Source of the DNA: an uncultured Chloroflexia bacterium
GTDB lineage: Bacteria; Chloroflexota; Limnocylindria; QHBO01
Assembly: GCA_963814375.1 (NCBI GenBank)
Contig: CAWFCQ010000008.1
Location: 448,001-512,000, forward strand
DNA length: 64,000 bases
Reading direction: 5' to 3'
The notes under the pieces are model-generated. The model was not told where the DNA came from. It saw nothing but the letters and a program-made list of their open reading frames with translations, and ran no database searches. Below, in pieces: positions 29,227 to 38,847 of this stretch (positions are counted from its first letter, which is position 1; every line of letters starts with the position of its first letter). A program made the translations under genes and the position numbers.

Positions 29227-30030
29227 TTACGCGCGGTCCGCCGCTTCTGCGCCACCAGGAGACGGATCCGACGTGACGCTCGCCTGGCGGAACAGCAGGG
29301 CCGATGCGACCCAAGCTGCGATGAAGAACGCGTCCGCCCGCAGCTCCGGGCCGAGCCCCGCGACGAGCGCGATGACGGCGACCAGCGCCTGGGCTGCCGC
29401 GGTGGCGAACATCGCGATCGATGCCTCACGCGGCTCGAAGCGGGCGATCGCCGCGCCGATGAGTGCGACGGCGAGCACCCCGAGGTACATCAGGTTCGCC
29501 GGGTTGCCCTCGTCTCCGATCATGCCGACCGCGAGGTTGACCCAGATGAGGAGCAGCCCGGCGCCGACGGCGATGGCGACGGCGACCCGGTGCGCTGTGT
29601 TTCGTCCGCGGCTCGCGGCGAACTCGTAGAGAAGGCCTGCGCCAAGCACAAGGACGCCGACGATCGCGAAGTCCATCGGGCCCCAGTTCACGCCGTCCGT
29701 GCCGGATCCCGGATCCGGGATGCCGAGCTGGAGCACCATCGCGAGGAACGGCACGGCCAGCACGGCAGCGGTGATGAGGACCCAGCGAATGACGGTCCTG
29801 GTCTGCGTGAGCTGCGTCATGTTCTCCCTCAGGATGTGTGAGGAGGTCTCCGCGAACGTCGCGAGGGCGAAGCCGAGGAGGCCGCGATGCTCATCGGTCC
29901 GCTCGCGGCAGAGGTCGGTGAACGTCTGCGCCATCGGCTCGGCGAAGCGCTCCCGAAATGGTTTCGGGTAGAGGCGGACGAGGCGCCGATACCAGCGGCG
30001 GTATCGGCCGATCGTGCGGTCAGACTGCAT
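29227..30030 (-). CDS. membrane protein, PadR partner
   Basis: YRRLVRLYP..FRERF..M..TF N-terminal motif; VNWGPMDF, WVNLAVG TM region. Confidence 0.75.
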   Translation of the reverse strand: MQSDRTIGRYRRWYRRLVRLYPKPFRERFAEPMAQTFTDLCRERTDEHRGLLGFALATFAETSSHILRENMTQLTQTRTVIRWVLITAAVLAVPFLAMVLQLGIPDPGSGTDGVNWGPMDFAIVGVLVLGAGLLYEFAASRGRNTAHRVAVAIAVGAGLLLIWVNLAVGMIGDEGNPANLMYLGVLAVALIGAAIARFEPREASIAMFATAAAQALVAVIALVAGLGPELRADAFFIAAWVASALLFRQASVTSDPSPGGAEAADRA

Positions 30031-30379
30031 CGGTGAAGGCGTTCGGGGTGAGGCGCTTCTCCGTCGCAACGGCGACGACCTCGCGGTATCGGTCCAGCTC
30101 GGCGCTGAGCGCCCTCCGTCCGAGGCCGGTTAGCGTGTAGTAGATCCGTCGTTCGTCGTCCATCGCGGGGTCGACGCGCTTTTCGGTCTCCCGGATGAGC
30201 CCGGCCGTCATCATCCGGCCCAAAGACCCGTAAAGCGTCCCGGGGCCCATCTTCACCTTGCCATGCGACTCTCGCTCGGCCTGCTTCATGATCCCGTATC
30301 CATGCCGCTCCTCGGTGGAGAGCGCGAGCAGGATGTGAAGCACAGCCGGAGTCAGGGGAGCGTGCTTGTTGTTCTTCAC
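30020..30379 (-). CDS. PadR-family regulator
   Basis: HILLAL, HGYGI, GPGTLYGSL, RRIYY. Confidence 0.92.
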   Translation of the reverse strand: MKNNKHAPLTPAVLHILLALSTEERHGYGIMKQAERESHGKVKMGPGTLYGSLGRMMTAGLIRETEKRVDPAMDDERRIYYTLTGLGRRALSAELDRYREVVAVATEKRLTPNAFTDAV

Positions 30380-30393
30380 CCGTCCTCCCGCAC

Positions 30394-30434
30394 TATATCC
30401 GTGACGGAGGCATCATATATCCGTTACCGATATA
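30394..30434. promoter_or_regulatory. tandem PadR operator candidates
   Basis: TATATCCGT at 30394 and 30416; second copy extends to the palindromic TATATC..GATATA. Confidence 0.6.
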
Positions 30435-30458
30435 GGTCAAGCCGAGTGGCTCCCATCA

Positions 30459-30875
30459 TCAGCCAGATGTCTCGTGATATCGAGTGATCTGCCGCTGCAC
30501 CGCTGAGGCGTCGAACCAGGCATTCTCATAGCAGATGAGCCCGTCCCGGATCTCGAACACGTGGAGCATGCGGACCTCGACCGGCGCACCGCCGCCGTTC
30601 ATGCCCGCCCAGGCTCCGTGGACGTGGCCGGTGATGATCGACTCGTCGACGACATAGCGACCGCCCTCGCCGGTGAACCTCCTGACCGAGGTCAGCGTGA
30701 CGTCGGGGATGGCCTCGATGATCCCGGAGTACACCCGCGCCACGTCGTCCTTGCCCCGAAACGGAGAGTCGGGATGGGTGACGTCGTCCCAGACGATGTC
30801 ATCGGTGTACGTGTCGAGCGTCGCCTGCACGTCGTGCGCGTTCTCGGCCGCGAAATGGCGATCGATGATGTCCAT
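30459..30875 (-). CDS. SnoaL-like/ester cyclase protein
   Basis: HFAAENAHD, IPD, GHVHG.W.G, VFEIRDGLI..E. Confidence 0.85.
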   Translation of the reverse strand: MDIIDRHFAAENAHDVQATLDTYTDDIVWDDVTHPDSPFRGKDDVARVYSGIIEAIPDVTLTSVRRFTGEGGRYVVDESIITGHVHGAWAGMNGGGAPVEVRMLHVFEIRDGLICYENAWFDASAVQRQITRYHETSG

Positions 30876-30951
30876 CGGTTCCTCTCAGCGATGCCGGACG
30901 ATCTTGCACCAACCTCGGGCTCGTGGGGACTGCGCGGTAGGATGCCGGGGC

Positions 30952-31353
30952 ATGGCTGCTCCGGAGCCGATTCCCCCGGATCTCTTCCTCGCTGGCTATC
31001 CGCCCGACATCCGTGACATCGCGGATCGGCTTCGCGCCGTGGTCCGCGAGGCTGTGCCCGAGGCGATCGAGCGCGTCCGAACGGGCTGGCGGCTGATCGG
31101 CTACGACGTGCCCGTCGGCCGGCGGAGCCGATACTTCGCCTTCGTCGCGCCCGAGCCGGAGCACGTCCATCTCGGCTTCGAGTACGGCGTCTGGATGACC
31201 GATCCGGACGGCATGCTGCGCGGCGCCCACCTGGACCTCAAGAAGGTCCGATACGTCACGTACGAGCCCGGCGACCCAATTCCGACCGATGCTCTCGTGC
31301 GCTTCACGATCGAGGCGGCCGAGCTCGCCGCGATGGGCAGCTACGTCCGGTAG
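30952..31353 (+). CDS. DUF1801-family protein
   Basis: LRAVVREAVP.A.E...GW, HVHLGFEYG. Confidence 0.8.
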   Translation: MAAPEPIPPDLFLAGYPPDIRDIADRLRAVVREAVPEAIERVRTGWRLIGYDVPVGRRSRYFAFVAPEPEHVHLGFEYGVWMTDPDGMLRGAHLDLKKVRYVTYEPGDPIPTDALVRFTIEAAELAAMGSYVR

Positions 31354-31985
31354 GACTCCATCAGCTCGACCAGCTCGCGCGGGCGGCTCAAGGCGATCGT
31401 GTGGCCGGCGTCCAGCTCGTCCGGCTCGATCCCGAGCCGATCCCGGACGACGCCTCGTAGCCACTCGGCCGGGAAGAACCGGTCGTTCCGACCGATGATG
31501 ACGTGGGTGGGCACCTCTGGCCAGGACTCGAGCGGCCATGGCTCGCGGCTGGTCGCCTCGGATTGCTTCCGCTCCCGCGACTTCGCCTGGGCAGCGAGCT
31601 CCGGGTCGACATCGTGGTAGAACGCGTCCGCTTCGCCTTGCGGAAACTTCCAGCCGGTGGCCTTCCACATCTCTTCGTCGGTCTCGCCCGGTCGCGGGAT
31701 CATCGGTGCCACGAGCACGAGGCGATCGGCCTTCGCGCGGTCCGCGACGACGGGGGCGATGTAGCCACCCCACGACTGCCCGACCACGATCAGCTCGCCG
31801 CCGTGATGGACCTTGTCGATGGCGTCGACCACGGCCTGCGCGTTGTCGAGCAGGCTGGCGCCGTCGTCCTCGATCGGGAGGTCCGGCGCGACGCTTCGGT
31901 GCCCTCGCTTCTCGAGCTCGCGCTCGACGAGGTGCCAATACCAACCAACGTCATAGGCCCCGTGGATCAGCGCGTAGGTCGCCAC
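31341..31985 (-). CDS. alpha/beta hydrolase
   Basis: LIHGA, GQSWGG, DRFFP, AGH. Confidence 0.88.
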   Translation of the reverse strand: MATYALIHGAYDVGWYWHLVERELEKRGHRSVAPDLPIEDDGASLLDNAQAVVDAIDKVHHGGELIVVGQSWGGYIAPVVADRAKADRLVLVAPMIPRPGETDEEMWKATGWKFPQGEADAFYHDVDPELAAQAKSRERKQSEATSREPWPLESWPEVPTHVIIGRNDRFFPAEWLRGVVRDRLGIEPDELDAGHTIALSRPRELVELMESYRT

Positions 31986-32066
31986 GCGACCATGAACGGC
32001 AAGGGGGGTGCCAGCGATGGCGTTGGCCGCGGCCTTGCAGGCTCGACTGAACGAATCGCCTGAGAC

Positions 32067-32094
32067 CGATGAATTCGAGGCGTGCCGCCTGTCT
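32067..32094 (+). promoter_or_regulatory. SigG/ECF56-type promoter CGATGA-N18-GTCT
   Basis: CGATGA 32067-32072, GTCT 32091-32094. Confidence 0.6.
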
Positions 32095-32128
32095 CAACGC
32101 CAGGCATACCGCCCGAGGAGAACGAGCA

Positions 32129-32653
32129 ATGACGATGACAGCCCCGAGTGAGACGAAGAACCTCGACGGCTACGGTTCGCCGCCGCTCGAGTGGAACCGC
32201 GTGATCGAGGCTCTGGATGGCACGCGCGACTTGCCGGTGTCGGACTCGGCGAGCCACTACTGGATCGCCACGACCCGACCGGACGGACGGCCCCACATGA
32301 TGGCGGTGGGCATCGTCTGGGACAACGGCAAGTTCTTTATGTCGACCGGGGCGGGGACGCAGAAGGCCAAGAACCTCGCCCGCGATCCCCGATGCATGGT
32401 CAGCCTGGCGGCGCCGGGCGTCGACATCGTCGCCGAGGGCGAAGCAAAGATCGTCCGCGATGAAGGCGAGCTGCAGCGCGTCGCCACGCTCTACAGCGAC
32501 TGGGGTCCGCAGGTCCGGGACGGTGCCTTCTGGCACGAATACAGCGCGCCGAGCGCTGGTCCGCCGCCGTGGGACGTATACGAGATCACGCCGACGACGA
32601 TCTACGCCGTGGCAACGGCGGAGCCGCACGGCGCCACGCGCTGGAAGCTCTGA
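32129..32653 (+). CDS. pyridoxamine 5'-phosphate oxidase-like (split barrel, possibly F420) protein
   Basis: WIATTRPDGRPH, KAKNLARDPRC, ATRW; GAGGAG RBS. Confidence 0.88.
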   Translation: MTMTAPSETKNLDGYGSPPLEWNRVIEALDGTRDLPVSDSASHYWIATTRPDGRPHMMAVGIVWDNGKFFMSTGAGTQKAKNLARDPRCMVSLAAPGVDIVAEGEAKIVRDEGELQRVATLYSDWGPQVRDGAFWHEYSAPSAGPPPWDVYEITPTTIYAVATAEPHGATRWKL

Positions 32654-32701
32654 TCGGGCGTCGCGTCGTACGCTGGGTGGAGCACGTAGAGGAGCAGCCA
32701 C

Positions 32702-32902
32702 GTGACCTGGGAAAGCGCCGAGGATGCGTCCAAGCCCGTCCTGAAGTGCCCGCTGTGCGGCGGGGCGGAGTTCGACCGCCAGCAGGGTCGGATGGACTCC
32801 CGCTGGGGGATCACGAGCCACAAGCTCGTCCTCCAGATCTGTCGCCGATGCGGGCTCGTCCTCCAGTTCTCGGCCGGCCGCGGGATCTGGGACTTCGACT
32901 GA
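32702..32902 (+). CDS. small zinc-ribbon protein
   Basis: CPLCGG...CRRCG; GAGGAG RBS. Confidence 0.7.
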   Translation: MTWESAEDASKPVLKCPLCGGAEFDRQQGRMDSRWGITSHKLVLQICRRCGLVLQFSAGRGIWDFD

Positions 32903-32921
32903 GGCAGATCGCCGAGGCCGG

Positions 32922-33608
32922 TCAGCGCCGCTTCATGGCGAGGTACCGGTCGCGCTCGGCCTTGTCGAGCTTCTCGATCGAGTAGCGGAGCATCACCCGT
33001 GGCATCGTCACGGCATGAGCCTCGAGGAACGAGGCGAGGCGATCGTGGTCGCGCTTCCCGGCTTCGCGCAGCATCCAGCCAACCGCCTTGTCCACGAGAT
33101 CGTCCGGATCCTTCGCGAGCGTTTCAGCGATCCGATAGGTGTCGTCGAGCTGATCGCGCCGGATGAATGCGTATGTGCTGAGGATCGCGGTTCGCCGTTC
33201 CATCGGCCTCTCTGACCGCGCCAGCACGTCGAGGATGTCCCGCGGCTGGTCAACCAGGAACTCGCCAACGACGTGGATCGCGCTGCGGTCGACGAGGTCC
33301 CAGGTGTTGATCCGGTCATGCCGGCGGATGTACAGGTCGAACAGCTCGCGGCGCCGCTCGACGGGCGTCCTCCGGTCACGCGCCTGCCAGTCCATGATGC
33401 TGACGGCACCGACCCGGACGGGATGATCGTCGCTCTCGAGCAGCTGCTCGATCTCGGCGGGCGGCATCGCCTGAAACTCCTTGGCCAGCTTGAAGATCTG
33501 GCCCATCCCGATGCCGCCAAATCGCTCGTCACTCGCGGCTTCCGCAGGGCGGAGGGCCCCGAGGCTGAGGACGAAGGCCTGTGCCGTGGGGCTCGAACCG
33601 ACCGACAT
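32922..33608 (-). CDS. DNA alkylation repair protein (AlkD-like)
   Basis: INTWDLVD, DLVDKAVGWMLRE.GK, MPRVMLRYSIEK. Confidence 0.85.
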   Translation of the reverse strand: MSVGSSPTAQAFVLSLGALRPAEAASDERFGGIGMGQIFKLAKEFQAMPPAEIEQLLESDDHPVRVGAVSIMDWQARDRRTPVERRRELFDLYIRRHDRINTWDLVDRSAIHVVGEFLVDQPRDILDVLARSERPMERRTAILSTYAFIRRDQLDDTYRIAETLAKDPDDLVDKAVGWMLREAGKRDHDRLASFLEAHAVTMPRVMLRYSIEKLDKAERDRYLAMKRR

Positions 33609-33684
33609 GCGCCCAGCATACGGCCGGAGGTGCGGAAGGTCGGTCCGCCCGGATGCCGGGCAGCCGCATCGCTACGATGGCCGG

Positions 33685-36600
33685 GTGACCCTGCGAGCCC
33701 CTGACCCGAGCCGAGGAGGCGACTTCGTCCATCTCCACGTCCACTCGGAGTTCAGCCTGCTCGACGGGCTGAGCCGCATCGGCGAGATGACGAAGCGGGT
33801 CGCCGACCAGGGGATGCCGGCGCTGGCGCTCACCGATCACGGGAGCATGTACGGGGTCATCCCGTTCTACGCCGCGGCGAAGAAGGCGGGCATCAAGCCG
33901 ATCATCGGGATCGAGGCGTACGTCGCCCCGCGTGGCATGGCGGACAAGGAAGGCAAGATCGACGCCGACTACCACCACATGCTCCTGCTGGCCAAGGACG
34001 ACGTCGGCTACCGGAACCTCCTGGCCCTGACGACCGCCGCGCACCTCGACGGTTACTACTACAAGCCGCGGATCGACAAGGAGCTTCTGGCGAAGCACGC
34101 CCAGGGCCTCATCGGCACATCGGCCTGCCTGGGTGGGGAGGTCCTGAAGCGCCTGGGGGCGGGGGACGAGGCGGGCGCCGCGCAGGCCGCCGATGAATAC
34201 CGATCCATCCTGGGCGACGGCAACTTCTTCATCGAGATCCAGGAGCACGGGATCGACGACCAGCAGCGCCTCCACCCGCAGCTCGTCGACCTGGCGCGGC
34301 GGAACAACCTGCCGCTGGTGGCGACCAACGACACGCACTACACCCACCCGGAGCAGTACGAGGCCCACGACCTGCTCGTCTGCATCCAGACCGCGTCCAA
34401 CCTCGACACGCCGGGGCGGATGCGCTTCGAGAACAACGAGTTCTACCTGAAGCCGGCGGCCGAGATGCGTCGCCTCTTCAACGGTGAGCTGCCCGAGGCG
34501 ATGGACAACACATTGCTCATCGCCGAGCAGTGCGACGTCAGCCTCGACTTCGAGGGTCTGCGGCTGCCGCACTTCGAGGTGCCCGCCGGCGAGACCGAGG
34601 CCTCCTGGCTGCGCAAGGAGTGCGAGCGCGGATTACCGGAGCGTTACCCGACGCTTACCGATGAGATCCGGAACCGGCTCGACTACGAGCTCGGGATCAT
34701 CGACCGCATGGGGTACAGCGCGTACTTCCTGATCGTGGCCGACTTCACGCGCTTCGCCCGGGAGCAGGGGATCATGATCACCTGCCGCGGATCGGCGCCC
34801 GGAAGCATCGTCACCTACTCGCTCGGCATCACGCCGGTCGACCCCCTCGAGTACGGCCTCCCCTTCGAGCGCTTCCTCAACCCTGACCGCGTGACGATGC
34901 CGGACATCGACATCGACTTCCAGGACTCGCGCCGGGACGAGGTCATCGAGTACGTCACGCGCAAGTACGGCGACGACCGGGTGGCACAGATCATCACCTT
35001 CGGGACGCTCGGCGCCAAGGCGGCCATCCGCGACGTCGGACGCGCCATGGGCCTCACCTACGGTGAGGCCGACCGGGTCGCGAAGGCCGTCCCGCTCGAG
35101 CTGAACATCTCGCTCGATCGCGCGGTCGAGACGAGCCCGCAGCTCCGCGAGCTGATGGCCGGGGACGATCGGGTGGACAAGCTCATCACCATCGCGAAGC
35201 AGCTGGAGGGGGTCAGCCGACACGCCTCCACGCACGCGGCCGGCATCGTGATCTCACGCGAGCCATTGACCGAGATCATGCCGCTCCAGCGCGCCACCGA
35301 CGGCAAGACCACGATGACCCAGTTCGAGATGCACGCCTGCGAGGCGCTCGGCCTCCTGAAGTTCGACTTCCTGGGCCTCATCAACCTCACGATCCTGGCC
35401 GAGGCCGTCGAGCTGGTGCGGACGCATCGGTCTGTGGAGCTCGACGTCGACAAGCTGCCGCTCGACGACGCGAAGACGTTCGAGCTGCTGGGGCACGGCG
35501 ACACGATGGGCGTCTTCCAGCTGGAAGGCTCCGGGATGCGCCGATACGTGAAGGAGCTCAAGCCGACCGAGGTGCGCGACCTCGCCGCGATGGTCGCCCT
35601 CTTCCGCCCGGGACCGATGGCGAACATCCCCGCCTACATTCGCCGCAAGCATGGCGAGGAGCCGGTGACCTACCTGCACGACTCGCTCGAGCCGGCGCTG
35701 CGGGACACGTACGGGATCTTCGTCTACCAGGAGGACATCATGACCGCCGCCATCGCGATGGCGGACTACACCGGTCCGGAGGCGGACAACCTCTGCTACG
35801 CGATCCGCAAGAAGAAGGAGGACGTCCTCCGCCAGCACGAGGCGAAGTTCAAGGCCGGCGCCAAGAAGAAGGGGATCCCGCCGCACATCGTCGACAAGGT
35901 CTTCGCCGAGTTCGAGCCATTCGCCCGCTACGGCTTCAACAAGGCGCACGCGACCTGCTACGGGCTCATCGCCTACCAGACTGCCTATCTCAAGGCGAAC
36001 TACCCGATCGAGTTCATGACCGCGGTCCTCAACGGCTTCTCCGGGCGAGCGGAGAAGGTCGCGGCCGTCATCGCCGAGTGCCGCCGGCTGGGGATCGAGG
36101 TCCGACCGCCCGACGTGCAGAAGTCGCACGCCCTCTTCACCGTGGAGCTCGACGCGGATGGGGCTCCCGAGGCCATTCGCTTCGGGCTGGCCGCGATCAA
36201 GAACGTCGGCGAGGGCGCGATCGACGCGATCGTCGCGGTCCGCGATGTCGGGGAGGAGGCCGGGCCGTTCGTCTCACTCGACGACTTCTGCCGGCGCGTC
36301 AACCTCCACACCATCAACCGCCGCATGCTCGAGTCGATGATCAAGGCCAACGCGATGGCCTCGCTCGGCACCGCCGGCGCCATGCTCGAGGCTCTCGATG
36401 GCGCGATGGAGAACGGCGCTCGCCACCAGCGCGACGTGGCAGCCGGCCAGTCGACGCTGTTCGACCTCTTTGCCCTCCCGGCCGATACCTCCGTCGCCTT
36501 CCTCGATGGAGGAGAGGAGATCCCGCGCCGCGAACGGCTGCGCTGGGAGAAGGAGCTCATCGGCCTCTACCTCTCGGAGCATCCGCTCTCGGACATCGAG

Positions 36601-37473
36601 GCCGAGCTTCCCGAATACGTGACCGCCTACACGGGCGAGCTGGCCGAGGAGGCGGACCAGGCCAAGGTCACGGTCGGCGGGATCATCCAGACCTCGCGCC
36701 GCGTCATCACCCGGGCCGGCTCGACGATGCTCGTCGCCACGCTCGAGGACCTCACCGGCTCGGTCGAGGTCGTGGTCTTCCCGAAGGTGTTCGAGCAGAC
36801 CGCGCCGTCATGGACCGATGACTCCATCGTCCTCGTCACCGGACGAATCGACCGTCGCGACGAGTCGCCCCAGATCCTGTGCGAGGCCGTGCACCAGTGG
36901 GACGACGCGGTGCGGATGGGCCCCGTCTCGTTCGGCCACGAACGCGATCGTCTGCTTGCTTCCCGCGGCGGACGCCGATGGGACGGCAACGGCGGCAACG
37001 CGGGAGGCGGCGGCGACCGGGTCCAGGGCGTCTGGAATCCGCCCGCACAGCGCGAGCCGATCCCCGTCGAGGCCCCGACGCCCGCTGCCATGGCCGTCGT
37101 CGAGTCGGAGGTCGCCGAGGTCATCGAGCTCGCCGGCGCGCCGGAGCCGGCCGATGAGCCGCCGGTCCCCTCGGACGCGGTCCCGCTCCAGTCGGCGCCG
37201 CTCGGCTCGACCGCCACGGTGGCGGTGCTCATCGGTGCCGAGGTGCCAACCGAGTCGCTGCTCGGTGCGATCGAATCGGTCAAGGCTGCGCTGACCGGGC
37301 GGCCCGGGCCGTTGCCGGTCGTGCTGTCGATCCCGGTTGCCGGGGCGACGCGGCAGGTGCGGCTGCCGGACCACGTCGCCTGGGACGAGCGGCTCGGCGA
37401 GGCGGTGGCGCGGGCGGCCGGCGTGCCGGTGACCGTTGAGCTGCGTTCGGGCGTTGAGGAGCGGATCGCCTAG
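33685..37473 (+). CDS. dnaE: DNA polymerase III alpha subunit
   Basis: HLHVHSEFSLLDG PHP domain, RGSAPGS, MPDIDIDF, KFDFLGL, YGFNKAH, OB fold; GTG 6 nt after TACGAT. Confidence 0.97.
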   Translation: MTLRAPDPSRGGDFVHLHVHSEFSLLDGLSRIGEMTKRVADQGMPALALTDHGSMYGVIPFYAAAKKAGIKPIIGIEAYVAPRGMADKEGKIDADYHHMLLLAKDDVGYRNLLALTTAAHLDGYYYKPRIDKELLAKHAQGLIGTSACLGGEVLKRLGAGDEAGAAQAADEYRSILGDGNFFIEIQEHGIDDQQRLHPQLVDLARRNNLPLVATNDTHYTHPEQYEAHDLLVCIQTASNLDTPGRMRFENNEFYLKPAAEMRRLFNGELPEAMDNTLLIAEQCDVSLDFEGLRLPHFEVPAGETEASWLRKECERGLPERYPTLTDEIRNRLDYELGIIDRMGYSAYFLIVADFTRFAREQGIMITCRGSAPGSIVTYSLGITPVDPLEYGLPFERFLNPDRVTMPDIDIDFQDSRRDEVIEYVTRKYGDDRVAQIITFGTLGAKAAIRDVGRAMGLTYGEADRVAKAVPLELNISLDRAVETSPQLRELMAGDDRVDKLITIAKQLEGVSRHASTHAAGIVISREPLTEIMPLQRATDGKTTMTQFEMHACEALGLLKFDFLGLINLTILAEAVELVRTHRSVELDVDKLPLDDAKTFELLGHGDTMGVFQLEGSGMRRYVKELKPTEVRDLAAMVALFRPGPMANIPAYIRRKHGEEPVTYLHDSLEPALRDTYGIFVYQEDIMTAAIAMADYTGPEADNLCYAIRKKKEDVLRQHEAKFKAGAKKKGIPPHIVDKVFAEFEPFARYGFNKAHATCYGLIAYQTAYLKANYPIEFMTAVLNGFSGRAEKVAAVIAECRRLGIEVRPPDVQKSHALFTVELDADGAPEAIRFGLAAIKNVGEGAIDAIVAVRDVGEEAGPFVSLDDFCRRVNLHTINRRMLESMIKANAMASLGTAGAMLEALDGAMENGARHQRDVAAGQSTLFDLFALPADTSVAFLDGGEEIPRRERLRWEKELIGLYLSEHPLSDIEAELPEYVTAYTGELAEEADQAKVTVGGIIQTSRRVITRAGSTMLVATLEDLTGSVEVVVFPKVFEQTAPSWTDDSIVLVTGRIDRRDESPQILCEAVHQWDDAVRMGPVSFGHERDRLLASRGGRRWDGNGGNAGGGGDRVQGVWNPPAQREPIPVEAPTPAAMAVVESEVAEVIELAGAPEPADEPPVPSDAVPLQSAPLGSTATVAVLIGAEVPTESLLGAIESVKAALTGRPGPLPVVLSIPVAGATRQVRLPDHVAWDERLGEAVARAAGVPVTVELRSGVEERIA

Positions 37474-37477
37474 GCGG

Positions 37478-38329
37478 TCAGTTCTCGAAGGCGACCGTTG
37501 CGAGCATCTGGTTGATGAGGGCCAGCATCTCGTCGGCCTCGGGGTCCTGTCCGGCGATCTCGGCACTGACCTCGATCCATCGGTCCGGGAAGCCGGGCGG
37601 GCTGAGCTGCCACCAGGCGATGGTGGTGTCGTCGTCGACTCGCCGCTGGTTCGCGGCGGCGGGTTGGCCGCTGATCACGAGGTCGCCGTCCGGGTCGGTG
37701 ACCGGCGGGGTGCCGTCGGTTCGCTCCGTCACGATGATGGACGCCTGCCCGGCCGGGATCTCCTCACCGGTGAGTGCGCAGGTCTGATCGAACGCGGTGC
37801 ACAGCTCGTCGGGCTCGACGCCGAAAGTCGTGAGATGGGCGACGACGCGACCATCGGTAGCCGGTTCGCCATCGCCGGCGGCCACCGTCCAGTCGGGCGG
37901 CACGGCGAAGCTCAGCGCCGCGTCCTGGAAGCGGACGCGATCGTCGAAGGGGGGAGTGACGAGCGAGATGGCCAGCATGATCAGGCCGACGATGAGCGCC
38001 ACCCCCGCGACCACACCGGCCGCGACCCAGCCCGAGTCCATGCGCGACGGTGGGGCGGCAGGTTGCGCCGCGGGTCGAAAGGTCGGCTCGGCCGGCGCAG
38101 TGGCCCATTGAGCCGGCACCACCCCGGCGTGCGTGCGATCCCATTGGGCGCGTCGCACCGGATCGGAGAGGATCCGCCACGCCTCGTTGACACGGGTCAT
38201 CGCCGCGCTGGCGGCTGAGCCCGCGTCGGGGTGGAATCGCTTTGCGAGCACACGGTATGCCCGCGCGATTTCTTCGCGGGATGCCGTGCGCGGGACGCCG
38301 ATGATGGCGTACGGGTCGAGGTCGGGCAC
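37478..38329 (-). CDS. membrane-anchored J-domain protein with C-terminal extracytoplasmic domain
   Basis: DPY.IIGV, AKRFHPD, VNEAW.ILSDP; TM helix after DSGW. Confidence 0.85.
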   Translation of the reverse strand: MPDLDPYAIIGVPRTASREEIARAYRVLAKRFHPDAGSAASAAMTRVNEAWRILSDPVRRAQWDRTHAGVVPAQWATAPAEPTFRPAAQPAAPPSRMDSGWVAAGVVAGVALIVGLIMLAISLVTPPFDDRVRFQDAALSFAVPPDWTVAAGDGEPATDGRVVAHLTTFGVEPDELCTAFDQTCALTGEEIPAGQASIIVTERTDGTPPVTDPDGDLVISGQPAAANQRRVDDDTTIAWWQLSPPGFPDRWIEVSAEIAGQDPEADEMLALINQMLATVAFEN

Positions 38330-38349
38330 GTCGCGCGCAGTCTACCCCG

Positions 38350-38847
38350 ATGCTTCGAAGTATCCTGTCCGGCGTGATCACGAAGCGTGCCGGCAAGCCC
38401 GCCGCAGCGGGCGATCCGGGCTCGACCGTCACCCCGCAGGCTTCGGCGGCGGCTGCCTCGACCGCGGTTCCAGCGGCGACCGAGGCGCCCGTCGACGCGC
38501 ACCAGCTCGACGCCGCAATCCTTCGCTTCCTGCGCCGATTCCCGAACCAGACGGTCGACCTCTCACCGCTGGCCGACGAGGTGGCGATCGATCCGTATCG
38601 GCTCCAGCTTGCCGTCGAGGACCTCGGGCGACGCGGCATGGTCGTCGTTCCCTTCATCGAGCCGGGTTCCGCAGGAGGCGCGACGCTGACGGCCGCAGGG
38701 CTCCGCTGGCTGATCGAGCGCGAGGGCGGCACGCCGTCGGACAAGCCGGCCGCGCTCAAGGTCGCGAAGGAGCGCGTTCGCGCCGAGGACGAGGCGGCCC
38801 GCCTGCCACGCGCCCAGGTCTACGGAGTCAGCCGCCGCAACGAGTAG
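38350..38847 (+). CDS. hypothetical protein, possible winged helix
   Basis: ILRFL...LADEV.IDP..L..AVEDL.RRGMV...ATLTAAG pattern. Confidence 0.6.
   Translation: MLRSILSGVITKRAGKPAAAGDPGSTVTPQASAAAASTAVPAATEAPVDAHQLDAAILRFLRRFPNQTVDLSPLADEVAIDPYRLQLAVEDLGRRGMVVVPFIEPGSAGGATLTAAGLRWLIEREGGTPSDKPAALKVAKERVRAEDEAARLPRAQVYGVSRRNE

Noticed and set aside
33685-37473. Intein or DnaE2/ImuC identity for dnaE
   Set aside because: The polymerase motifs are continuous, there is no intein signature, and no imuA/imuB neighbours are present.
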